Assembly: GCF_036365525.1 (NCBI RefSeq)
Contig: NC_090404.1
Span: forward strand, 8,866,001 to 8,930,000
DNA: 64,000 nucleotides
Source: Heterodontus francisci
Taxonomy: Eukaryota
Direction of reading: 5' to 3'
The position numbers were made by a program, and so were the translations under genes. Position 1 is the first letter of the stretch, and each line of letters starts with the position of its first letter. Below, one piece after another: positions 47,131 through 58,603 of the stretch. The notes under the pieces were generated by a model that saw only the letters and a program-made list of their open reading frames with translations, was not told the DNA's origin and searched no databases.

Positions 47131-49810
47131 GAGTTGGTGGGGAGGTGGTGGAGGCAGAAATCAGGTAACTATAGGCCAGTTAGCTTGACGTCTGTCATGG
47201 GGGAGGAGTTAAAATCAATCATTAAGGAGGCTACAGCTGGGTACTTAGAAAAACTCGAGGGAATCAGGAATAGTCAGCATGGTTTGTGAAAGGAAGTCAT
47301 ATTTAACCACTTTATTGGAGTTCTTTTAATGAGTAATATGCGCTGTGGATAAAGGGGCGCCGGTTGACATTCTGTACTTGGATTTCCAGAAGGCATTTGA
47401 CATGGTGCCACATGAAAGGTTATTACACAAAATACGAGCTCTTGCTCTAAGGGGAAACGTATTCTCATGGATAGAAGATTGGCTGGCTGGCTGGCAGAAA
47501 GAGAGATTATTCATAAATAGATCCTTTTCCGATTGGCAGGATGGGACGAGTATATCACTAACTTAATTGAGTTTTTTGAGGAAGTAACAAGAAGGATTGA
47601 TGAGGGTAGTGCAGTGGATGTGGTCTATATGGATTTTAGTAAGGCATTTAACAAGATCCCACATGGCAGACTGGTCAGTAAAATGAAAGCCCATGGGATA
47701 CAGCGGAATGTGGCAGGCTGGATCCAGAATTGGCTGAGGGACAGGAAACAAAGGGTAGTACTCGACGGATATTTCTCTGAATGGAAAGCTGTTTCCAGTG
47801 GTGTTCCACAGGACTCAGTGTCGGGTCCCTTGCTGTTTTTGGTATATATTAATGATTTGGACTTAAATGTGGGCGGCATGATTGGGAAATTTTCTGATGA
47901 CACAAAAATTGGCCGTGTAGTTGATAGTGAAGAGGATAGCTGTAGACTCCAGGATGATATCAATGGTTTGGCTGAATGGGTGAAAAAGTGGCAAATGGAA
48001 TTCAATCAGAAAAGTGTGAGCTAATGCATTTGGGGAGGGCAAATAAAGCGAGGAAGTACACAATAAACGGGAAGATATTGAGAGGGGTAGAAGAAGTGTA
48101 TACCTTGGTGGGAATGTCCACGGTCCCTGAAGGTGGCAGGACAGGTAGATAGTGTGGTGAAGAAGGCATATGGAATGCTTTCCTTTATTGGCCGAGGTAT
48201 AGAATTCAAAAGCAGGGATGTAATGCTGGCACTGTATAAAATGCTGGTTAGGCCACAGTTGGAGTATTGTGTACAGTTCTGGTCACCACATTACAGGAAG
48301 GACATAATTGCTCTGGAGAGAGTACAGAGGAGATTTACAAGAATGAACAGGACTCGAAAGTTGCAACTTTGAAGAAAGATTGGATAGTCTAGGGTTGTTT
48401 TTTCTGGAACTGAGGAGGCTGAGGGGTGACTTAATTGAGGTGTACAAAATTATGAGGGGCCTAGATAGACAGGAAGGACCTGTTTCCCCTGGAGGATAGG
48501 TTGACTAGCAGGGGGATCAGATTTAAAGTGATTGGTAGAAGGATTGGGATGGACATGAGGAAAAACGTTTTTTCACCCAGAGGTGGTGGGTGTCTGGAAT
48601 TCACTGCCAGGAACGTTGGTGGAGGTGGAAACCCTCAATTCTTTTAAAAGGTAGCTGGACATGCACCTGAGGTGCTGTAACCTGCAAAGGTACGGACCTG
48701 GTGCTGGAAGGTAGGATTAGATTGGGTGGCTAGTTATTTCGGCCGGCACAGAGGCGACAAAATGTTTCCATGGTTCTATGGAGTGGAGTCCCACAGAGGT
48801 CTGTGCTGGGGCCTTAGGTTTTTACAATTTATATCAACGACATAGACGAGGGGAGCGATGGCATGGTAGCAAAATTTACTGATGACACAAAGATAGGCAG
48901 GAAATTATGTTGTGAAGAGGGCAAAAGGAGCTTGCAGACCGATATAGATAGGCAGAGTGAGTGAGCAAAAATATGGCAGTGTATAATGTGGGAAAATGTG
49001 AATTTGTTCACTTGGGAGGAAGAATAAAAGAGCAGAGTATTACTTAAACGGAGAAAGACAGCAGAATTCCGAGGTGCAGAGGGATCTAGGTGTTCTAGTG
49101 CATGAGCCACAAAAAGTTAGCGTGCAGATACAGCAACGAATAAAGAAGGCGGATGGAGCACTATCCTTTATTATGAGAGGAATTGAAAATAAAAGTATGG
49201 ATGTTATGCTTCAGTTACTTAGGGCATTGGTGAGACTGCATCTCAAATACGGTGTGCACTTTAGGTCTCCTTATTTAAGGAAAGATGTAAATGCGTTGGA
49301 GGCGGTTCAGAGAAGGTTTACCAGATTGATACTTGGAATGAGCGGGTTGTCTTATGAGGAAAGGTTGGACAGACTGGGCTTGTTTTTACTGATATTTGGA
49401 AGAGTGAGGGGAGACTTGATTGAGGTATATAAGATCCTGAACGGTCTTGATAAGGCGGCTGTGGAAAGGATGTTTCCTCTTGTGGGTGAGTCCAGAACGA
49501 AGGGGCACTTTTTTAAAATTAGGGGTCGCCCTTTTAGGACAGAGATGAGGAGAATATTTTTCTCTGAGGGTTGTGCGACTTAATTGGAACTCTCTGCTTC
49601 AGAAGGTGGTGGAGGCGGGGTCATTGAATATTTTTTAAGGCGAAGGTAGATAGATTCTTGTTAGGTAAGGGAATCACAGGTTATCAGGGGGAGATGGAAG
49701 TGTGGAATTCGAAACACAAATTGATCAGCCATGATCTTATTGAATGCTGCAGCAGGCTCGAAGGGCTGAATGGCCCACTTCTGCTCCTAATTCGAATGTT
49801 CAAATGTATG
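47131..49810 (+). mobile_element. Mosaic of degenerate CR1 RT fragments (47550-48780 nested in another CR1)
   Basis: LDFQKAFD, DFSKAF, GVPQ, FSDD peptides with stops; two 3' ends. Confidence 0.9.
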
Positions 49811-50694
49811 TTTCTATGTTGGTTGACGCTTTTCCTACATTACACGAGTGACTATACCTCAAAGGAACCTCTGACTATAAAGCGATTTGGGATGTCCTGG
49901 TGTCGTGAAAGGCCCTATAAGAATGCAAGTCTTTCTTTATTTATTTGATTTATGGAACTCATTTCTCTAACATGCCAAACAGGGATTGAAACTCAACAGA
50001 TCAATGTGGGCAATCTAATCCCATAATCACAACAATCCTGTACCTCTCTGTATGGCATAGTTGTGTTATCTGTCACAGGCAGCAGGGGGCTTGAGACTGC
50101 AGTTCTGGACTGCTCTGGCAAGCTGCATCGCGGGGCTTCACTTAAATACTTCAGGGGTTCAAGTTATTTCGCCCAGAGCAGTGTCCCAGAGATCATAGGT
50201 GGGCCGCATGGTCCCTGAGTCACTGGCTGTGGGTTGTCTGAATAAACAACAGGTTCAAAACAAAAGCCTGTAGATTTCATACCGTCTCTGAGCACTGTCT
50301 GAAAGACATTCCCACAATGGACTGATACACAGGAGGGAACCAACACGGAATGGAGTAATGAGCATGCGCAGTTTCACTGATAGGCATCACCCCGAGAAAC
50401 TAATAGCAAACCATCGGTCCGGTGCAGTGAAAACTCAAACACAGTGATGGAGCGCCATCAAGTGATGATGAGAGGGAACTGACAGCCACTTTGTCCCAAT
50501 CCTGCGACAAGATTATACTGTTTACTGATTACTATTACTGCTGTTTTATTATTACTGTGGTTATGATTACAGTTATTGTTAGTGTTACTGTTGCCATTTT
50601 ATTGTTTGGCTTTAGATACAATTGCTGTGTTATATTCATTCTCAGGATGTTCCGGATTTACAGACTCTCCTTGCTGTTTTACACTGTCTGTATG

Positions 50695-51021
50695 GATGCG
50701 GTCGGTGAAGAGGAGGTGATGCCTCTCCCTCCGCGGGTGGTTGTCAGTGAAGCGAAAATTGTCTCCATGAATTGCTCCATTACCTTCCGTTTACTGTTCT
50801 ACACTTTTACAGACAGCAACCTTATCAGCCCCTCCAGCATCTGGGGATGGCCACAAGCTCACTGATCAACACGGGAGGATCACTACTTCAATCGGGGGAG
50901 ACTGCAAACGCAGTGCACTGACTGTCAGAAAGGAGCGAGTGACAGACACCGCCACCTTTCTCTGAGCTGTGAGGCCACAGTGTAACAAACAAATTACAAA
51001 TTCAGAGTCGGTACAGGAACC
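50695..51021 (+). pseudogene. TCR V pseudogene (family of the 31013 V)
   Basis: EEEV...VSMNCS, frameshift, DTATFL*AVR; CACAGTG with 30-bp spacer (ACAAATT duplicated) and ACAGGAACC; acceptor mutated, no leader seen. Confidence 0.82.
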
Positions 51022-51496
51022 CACAGAGTGGGAGAGCCGCTCTTCTGTCTTTGAACTATTGATACTGTTGGAACAATCGATATCTATAGTGAATGAAATC
51101 AAAAATAGTAAATAGAGAGAGAGTGACACTGAGAGAGAGAGAGATTTAAAGAAAGTGAGAAATAGAGTTGGAAACGCAAAGAGAGAAAATAGTAGTAAAA
51201 GCATGAAAGGAAGAATGAGAGAGAGAAAAACACTTTCCTAATCCGTGTAGAGCAAATTAGGAAAATGAGAGGACTGAAATAAAAGAAACAACCAGAATGA
51301 AACACAAAGCTACAAGGTAAGAGAAAGCTATGAAGAAATGGATTCGGAAATTAAGTAATAGGCACTTTCCTTTCAACTCACTCATTTCCCTTTCTCCTAT
51401 TTCCACAGTTGAATTGTCTGAAAAGCGTCTCCTCGTAAATGGCCGCTGGAAACTGACCAATAGATCAAATCACACTTTACTCTGCCCATTAACTGG

Positions 51497-53235
51497 ACAT
51501 AGGAACATAAGAGGAGGAGCAGGCCATTCAGCCCATCAAGCCTGATCCGCAATTCAATATGATCATGGCTCATCATTCACTTCAAACCCTTTTCCCCACC
51601 ATATATATCTGTCAATCTCTACGTCCAACATACTCAATGACTGAGCTTCCACAGTCCTCTGGGGTAGAGAATTCCAAAGATTCACAACCCTCTCCTCATC
51701 TTTGTTTTGTTTTAGTTTTAGAGATACAGCCCTGAAACAGGCCCTTCAGCCCACCGAGTCTGTGCCGACCATCAACCACCCATTTATACTAATCCTACAC
51801 TAATCCCATATTCCTACCACATCCCCACCTGTCCCTATATTCCCCTACCACCTACCTATACTAGGGGCAATTTATAAATGGCCAATTTACCTACCAACCT
51901 GCAAGTCTTTTGGCTTGTGGGAGGAAACCGGAGCACCCGAAGGAAACACACGCAGACACAGGGAGAACTTGCAAACTCCACACAGGCAGTACACAGAATT
52001 GAACCCGGGTCGCTGGAGCTGTGAGGCTGCAGTGCTAACCACTGCGCCACTGTGCCGCCCATCTCTGTCCTAAGTGTCTTCCCCCTTATTTTGAAATTGT
52101 GTCCCCTGGTTCTAGACTCCTCAACCAGGGGAAACATCTTACCTGCATCTACCCTGCCTATCCCTTTCAGTATTTTGTAGGTTTCAATGACATCACCTCT
52201 CATTCTTCGAAACTCTAGAGAATACAGGCCCAGTTTCCCCAATTGCTCTTCATAGGACAGTCCCGCCATCCTGGGAACAAGTCTGGTGAACCTTCATTGC
52301 ACTCCATCTATGGCAATAATATTCTTCCGACGGTAAGGGGACCAAAACTGCACATAGTTCTCCAAATGCAGTCTAACCAAGGTTCTGTACAATTGAAGCA
52401 AAGCTTCACTTCTCCTGTGCTCAAATCCTCTTGTGATAAAGGCCAACATACCGTTAGCCTTCTTAATTACTTGCTGCACCTGCGTGTTCGCTTTCAGTGA
52501 ATTATTGACAAGGACACCCAGGTCCCTTTGTACATCTACACTTTCTAATCTCTTATCATTGAACAAATACTCTGGACCTTTATTCCCAGGCCAAAATGGA
52601 TAACCTCACATTTTTCCACATTATTTTCCATTTGCAACGTTCTTGCCCACACACTACGTTTGTCCAAATCCCCTTGAAGACGCTTTTCATTTTCCTCACA
52701 ACACACATTCCCACCTAATTTTGTGTCATCTGCGAACTTGGAAATATTACATTTGGTCCCCACATCCAAATCATTGACATATATTGTGAACAGCTGGGGC
52801 CCAAATACTGATCCTTGTGGTACCCCACTAGTCACAGACTGCCAATGCGAGTGTGATCCGTTTATTCCCACTCTCTGCTTTCTGCCTATTAACAATCCTG
52901 AATCCATGCCAGTATATAACCTCCTATCCCATGTGCTTTAATTTTGCTAACCACCTCCTGTGGGGACTTTATCAAAAGCCTTCTGAAAATCCAAGTATAC
53001 TACGTCCACTTTGTATCAATTCTGTCAGGAACATCCTCAAAAGCTCCAACAGTTTGGTCAAACATGATTTCCCATTCATAAATCCATGTTGACTATGCCC
53101 AATCAGATCATTATTATCCAAGTGTCCATTTATTACATTCTTAAGAATAGATTCTAAAATTTGCCCTACTGCTGATGCTGGGTTAACAGGTCTGTAGTTC
53201 CCTGTTTTCTCTCTCCCTCCCTTCGTAAATAGTCT
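51497..53235 (-). mobile_element. Degenerate CR1 LINE interrupted by a SINE
   Basis: GNYRPV, SQHGF, GVPQGSV, FADD and 3' peptides. Confidence 0.9.
51702..52059 (-). mobile_element. Young HE1-like tRNA-derived SINE with CATCT TSD
   Basis: GGCGGCACAGTGGCGCAGTGGTTAGC...GGGTTCAATTC head, A-rich tail, CATCT on both sides. Confidence 0.9.
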
Positions 53236-54537
53236 CACTGGGGCAAAAAAGAAACGCTCAACAACAACAGGTGAGGTCCACTTGCAGAATTAGATTAGTT
53301 TGCGAATTAAATTCGCATCTATAATTAAAAACAAGCTGTATAAATACACCTGTGGAACCTGAACTGACTTTGTGTCTTTTGATGTCCTTTCTGTGTCTGT
53401 TCTTTCTCATCGCCTGTCTCCACGTTTTGCCCATCATAATTTAAATTTCGTTCTTCCAGTTTTTAATTCAACAATATAAAATCTGCTTCTGCTCCGCATA
53501 TTAATTTATAACAGATCCAATCCAGTTTCCCATAACCAGGAACTCGAAATAGGTCAGTGAATAAATACAGCATTGCTGAGACACTTTTCACCAGCATATA
53601 AACACTTCTCAGAAGATCCACCAGAGGGCGTCCGATCCATTTGTGGATCAAACCCCAGCCAGTGAGCGAAACCGAGTCCACGTTGGAATAAATAGAACAA
53701 TAGGTGAAATCAACATACCTCCATGGGATGGGAAGATATATCAGGGCAATAACCATCACATGTAACCATCCATCTATCGAAGGATTGACTTCTGACGCTC
53801 AAAACCGAGAAGGATAAGTGAGTGGAAGGTGTGGAACATGGCGAAAGCATATTAAAATGTGAATGACAGACACACCCTGAGATCTGAATTCTGAAGTTAC
53901 TCACTATACCCTTAGTGGAGATCGGTGTTAAAGGAGCGAAAGACAAACCGAAACCGCCCGGATGTTGTTTCTTTTTCTGCTCCTTTTTTAATCTGGGTGA
54001 AAGTTATAAGGACAGTTTTTCATGTCCTGCTGGTGTTGGGTTCTTGTTATGAGAATCCGTCCTGCACCTCACCCTGGAGGTTTTGAACCCGCTCCCCGCG
54101 CTCTGCTCCCGCCACTTTCTTCCCATGAGAGGCAAATTGCTAATAGAAAAGCATCGATTCGCCGCTCCTTCAATTTTCTCTCATCACAAATCCAAAATCT
54201 GAAGATTATACATGTCTAATTTAATCATTATGGACACAGAGAATGTCAGAATTCAACAGAAAGACTTTAAACAACATGTCAAATGCAAATTAGGGAAGAG
54301 GACAGTGTTGGAAACGCTGTTTAAATTACAGCGAGAGTTTATTCTTTATTTCTGTTCAGTTGTTTATTCAGTAACAGTTTTATCGTTCTAATATGACAGA
54401 TCTATAAATCACTCTGGCAAAATACAGAATCATTGTTAGTTCACGAGTTAACTGATCGGTGAGGGAATGTACACTGGAGTCACGGTTACCAGTGTGCTGA
54501 TGGTGAAGTAACGGGAATTTGAGAGGAAGAATTGAGA

Positions 54538-55207
54538 CATAGAGTAATACAAGCACAGAAACAGGCCCATCGGCCCATCGTGTCCATACCCATCAAGCAC
54601 TTATCTATTCTAATCCCATTTTCCAGCACTTGGCCCGAAGCCTTGTATTATGGGGTTTCAAGTGCTCATCTAAATACTTCTTAAATGTTGTGAGGGTTCC
54701 TGCCTCTACCACCACTTCCGGCAGTGCGTTCCAGATTCCAACCACCCTCTGGATGAAAACATTTTTCCTCAAATCCCCTCTAAACCTTCTGCCCCTTACC
54801 TTAAATCTATGCCCCCTGGTTATTGACAGCTCCGCTAGGGGAAAAAGCTTCTTCCTATCTACTCCGATCTATGTCCCTCATAATTTTGTATACCTCAATC
54901 AGGTCTCCCCTCAGCCTTCTCTGCTCTAAGGAAAACAACCCTAGCCTATCCAGTCTCTCTTCATAGCTGAAATGCTCTAGCCCAGGCAACATCCTGGTGA
55001 ATCTCCTCTGCACCCTCTCCAATGCAATCATATCCTTCCTGTGGTGTGGCGACCAGAACTGTACACAGTAGTCCAACTGTGGCCTAACTAGCGTTTTATA
55101 CAGCTCCATCATAACGTCCTTGCTCTTAAATTCTTCGCCTCGGCTAATAAAGGCAAGTATCCCATATCCCTCCCTAAGCACCTTATCTACCTGTGCTTCT
55201 GCCTTCA
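54538..55207 (-). mobile_element. 5'-truncated CR1 inserted after the duplication
   Basis: Absent from the paralogous site at ~36447; ORF2 C-terminal peptide. Confidence 0.9.
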
Positions 55208-55524
55208 GTCACCACGCCAGAATAAACCAACCCCATGAACAATCCCATGTTTCCTGTGACAATGACCAGACAAGGGTTTCAGTCCCCGCCCCACGTCTCT
55301 AACAGCGGAACCATTCCCCATATAAGGACAGTGACTGTCGCCCAGCTCGGGGTGTTTCCGTTCACTGACAGCCAGCTCACCACCTACCGCTCTCACAGCA
55401 CCACTGGGGACACAAGGAAGTGAGGTGAGAGAATCCTGAGACACGACAGCAGATTATTGAGGGTGGGGATTAGAACGGGTGTCTTCAAATATCCAACTCC
55501 CCTTTTACAGAGTGGACAGCGACA

Positions 55525-56028
55525 ATGCGGCTACTCAGCATCTGGGTTGTGTGGGGAGCATTTCTGACAGGTAATTGTGGATTAAACACATTTCATCTTT
55601 TCTCCCATTTCACAAACGTGTTTTAAATCTGAATTTTAAACAGTCGTCAGTCTGACCTTGTCCTGTTTAAACTTGTTTTCAGATCCGAGTCATGGAGATT
55701 CTGTCACTCAGCTCCTGCCCTCAGATGTTAAGACAGAAGGAGAAGCGGTGACTTTAAGATGTACCTATGATACTACAATAAGCTTCTATTATTTATACTG
55801 GTACCGGCAACACCCAGATACACAGCCCGAGTTTATACTGTGGAAATACTCGAGCGGTGGTGAAGATAAAGCAGATTTTGCTAAAACCCGTTTCTCTGTT
55901 GAGCTCCAGAAAGCGACTAAATTCACCAGTTTAACCATCTCGGGTCTGCAGCTGACTGACTCTGCCGTGTATTACTGCGCCTTCAGCCTCACAGTGATGG
56001 AAAGCAGTCTCACCCCTGTACAAAAACT
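55525..56028 (+). CDS. TCR alpha/delta-type V segment, intact (leader 55525-55570, V exon 55683-55989, 23-RSS 55990-56028), paralog of 36747
   Basis: Same leader; TLRCTY...LYWYRQHP...DSAVYYCAFS; CACAGTG-23-ACAAAAACT; same flanking inverted repeat. Confidence 0.95.
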
Positions 56029-57272
56029 GTCTTTGGACTGTGGGTGGGAACTTCTGTCTGTTGGGAGGTGTGTCGAATCGCGGGCAGATGCAGCCACAAT
56101 GTGCAGCGCGCTATCAGGCTCTCAAAGACACACCGAGAGGAAACCAAATTAACCTCGGATCAAACTGTCACCCAACTGTTTCCAGGAGCGGCCGAGAAAA
56201 CAAACTGCAGAATCCAGTCAGACAGACAGATCCAACACAGACACATATTTGAAGACACCCGTTCTAATCCCCACCCTCAATAATCTGCTGTCCTGTCTCA
56301 GGATTCTCTCACCTCACTTCCTTGTGTCCCCAGTGGTGATGTGAGACGGGTAGGTGGTGAGCTGGCTGTCAGTGAATGGAAACATCCCGAGCTGGGTTCC
56401 AATCAGAGACCTGACAGGGGAATGGTTGCACATTTAGAGACCGGGGGTGGGAATGAAACCCTGGTCTGTTAATTATCACCAGCAAGATGGGGATTGTTGA
56501 TGGTGACAGAAAACATTCCAGCATTAAGGAGACACCCTGAAGCACAATGGACACAGGGGGAACTGTACTCGGAGCTTGTTTTAAAGATCACAGTCACCAC
56601 CTTGTGAAATCTGTGCATTGTGTATAAACGGTCTCTGAATCAGCAACACACTCTGATCAAATAAACCCTGTGAACAGGCTGCGGTCAAAGACTCCGGGAA
56701 ACTGACAGGGGAGACGGGGAAAGAGCTGCTCAATATTGCAAGCAGGCACGGAAAGGGCAGCAAAGGACAAGAAGTAAATTACAACGTCACAAATGGACTT
56801 GTCAATTTCAGTTTTAGTGCAACTGCTCGTTCCAGGGCTTTGCAGAAAGACCAGGAGAATGAAACTGATTGGATAGCTCTTTCAAAGAGCTGACTCGATG
56901 GGCCGAATGGCCTCCTCCTGTGCTGTCAGATTTCATGATTTATTGAATTTCGATTGCCTCAGTCAAAACTTTCGGAATTATCCCCCTGAAGTTGCTATTT
57001 GCGATATTAGTATATCGAAGCTTCGCAGTAACAGTATTAACCAATGTCATGGAGAAATTGTAAATAGAAAATGGCATCTTATCTTATTAAGGATTTTCGT
57101 AGCAGCTTGGCTAGAGTGACTGGACTCTGGTTTCAGCATCAGATTGTGGATTCCACCTCAACTTCAGAAGCTGTGTGTATTGACCAGGTTTCCAATCGGT
57201 GCAGTGCTGAAAGGACACGATCTTTCCGGTATAATCTGAACCAATAATTCCTCCTCAACCCCTTGTCTGTTT

Positions 57273-57532
57273 AAGAACATAAGAAATAGGAGCAGGAGTA
57301 AGCCTTTGAGCCCCTCAAGCCTGCCCCGCCATTCAATAAGATCATGGCTGATCTGTCGCAGGCCTCAACTCCTCTTTCAGGCCTGCTCTGCATAACCCTC
57401 AACTCCCCGAGATTTCAAAAATCTATCTACCTCCTCCTGAAATATATTTAGTGCCCTAGCCTCCAAAACTCTCTGAGGCAGAGAATTCCAGAGATTTACC
57501 ACCTTCTGAGAGAAGAAATTCCTTCGCATCTC
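57273..57532 (-). mobile_element. CR1 3' end
   Basis: TAAGAACATAAGAA tail and CR1 3' UTR. Confidence 0.8.
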
Positions 57533-58603
57533 AGGGGCCCCTGTACATGTGGCCCCACCTGAAGGAGCAAGTGGAGCCTTGTTTGTGGTGGTGGAGCCTG
57601 GGACGCCCCTGGAGAACCTTTCCCATCTACTACTGGGTCAGGTTCCATAAGTGAAGGGGGGGTTGGTGGCGAGCCCTCTAAAGGCCGGCCCTCCCAGCCA
57701 AAATCCACTACCGATTAGGATGCACCCGACGCGGTTATGGTTGAAAATGCTGCCCCGTCTGCTAGGCCTGTGGGCGCTGGTAGGGTGGGAGATTGCCTCC
57801 TCTCTCTGCCTCCAGTCTTGGTTTCGGCTGTATGTCTGGAGTCTGGAATTATCGTCTCCCCTGGGCTGCTCATTGGCTTGGGGACGGAGGTGGAGGGGCA
57901 TCCTGAACCGCTGGCGCCCATTGTCTCCAGTTCCACTCAAAAACCCAGTGAGGACTCCACCACCATCGATCCTGAGGGTGGGATCGTGATGGAGGCGGGA
58001 CCAGCTGGCGAGGCCGGGACCTCCGCCCCACAGTGTGTGGTAGGTGTGTCGGCCGTTGGCAGTGATGACCCGGAGGAGGATGGGGACTTGGTGTGGGGCA
58101 CGGAGGACGACCTTGAATCCATCACCAGTGAGACAGTGGACTCTGTCGTGCCTCCCACTGAGTCTCCTCTCATCCCCGCCATAGAACACCAGGAATTCCT
58201 CGCAGCATGCAGAGGTTGCCACAATAAAGTTCAGCTGGCCCTTGGCTGGTGGTCGAGTCTGGCACGAATCATCCAGTCTGTCTGTGCCACCTTCAGGAAG
58301 GCAGGTAGGGTGAGGGCGTGAAACTGTTTGAGAGGCAATGGTTTAAAATGCTCCTCAATGGGTTGCTGGGGGAGTGTAAGGCGAGGTGTTCTTTCACTCC
58401 CTCATCACAATGAGGTATTGGTGATGGGATCAAATTACTTTTGACATGAAGATAACCATAGCCAGCCTCAACATTAACGGCAGCAGGGGGTCTCACCGCA
58501 GATTTCACAATCTCTCAGTTCTTGGGGAAGGGAGATATGCAGTGAGCTTTCTGAAGGAACCCCACACCGTTCTGGGAGACGAAGCCACCTGGCTCCTGGA
58601 GTG
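57533..58603 (+). mobile_element. Internal Tx1-clade fragment (ORF1 C-terminal part + start of ORF2 endonuclease)
   Basis: MKITIASLNINGSRG...AVSFLKEPHT at 58446 (APE motif I/II), preceded by a GC-rich low-complexity ORF1-like region. Confidence 0.75.

Larger units (their letters stand above)
53245..57243 (+). repeat. Segmental duplicate of ~34725-38453 (V cassette)
   Basis: Collinear similarity ending at ATAATCTGAACCA in both copies; extra CR1 at 54538-55207. Confidence 0.88.

Noticed and set aside
26883-56028. Calling the V segments IgH V or IgL V
   Set aside because: WYRQ FR2, CAV/CAL endings and absence of IgH-type WVRQ...GLEW and YYCAR motifs fit TCR alpha/delta better; alpha versus delta cannot be decided without J/C.
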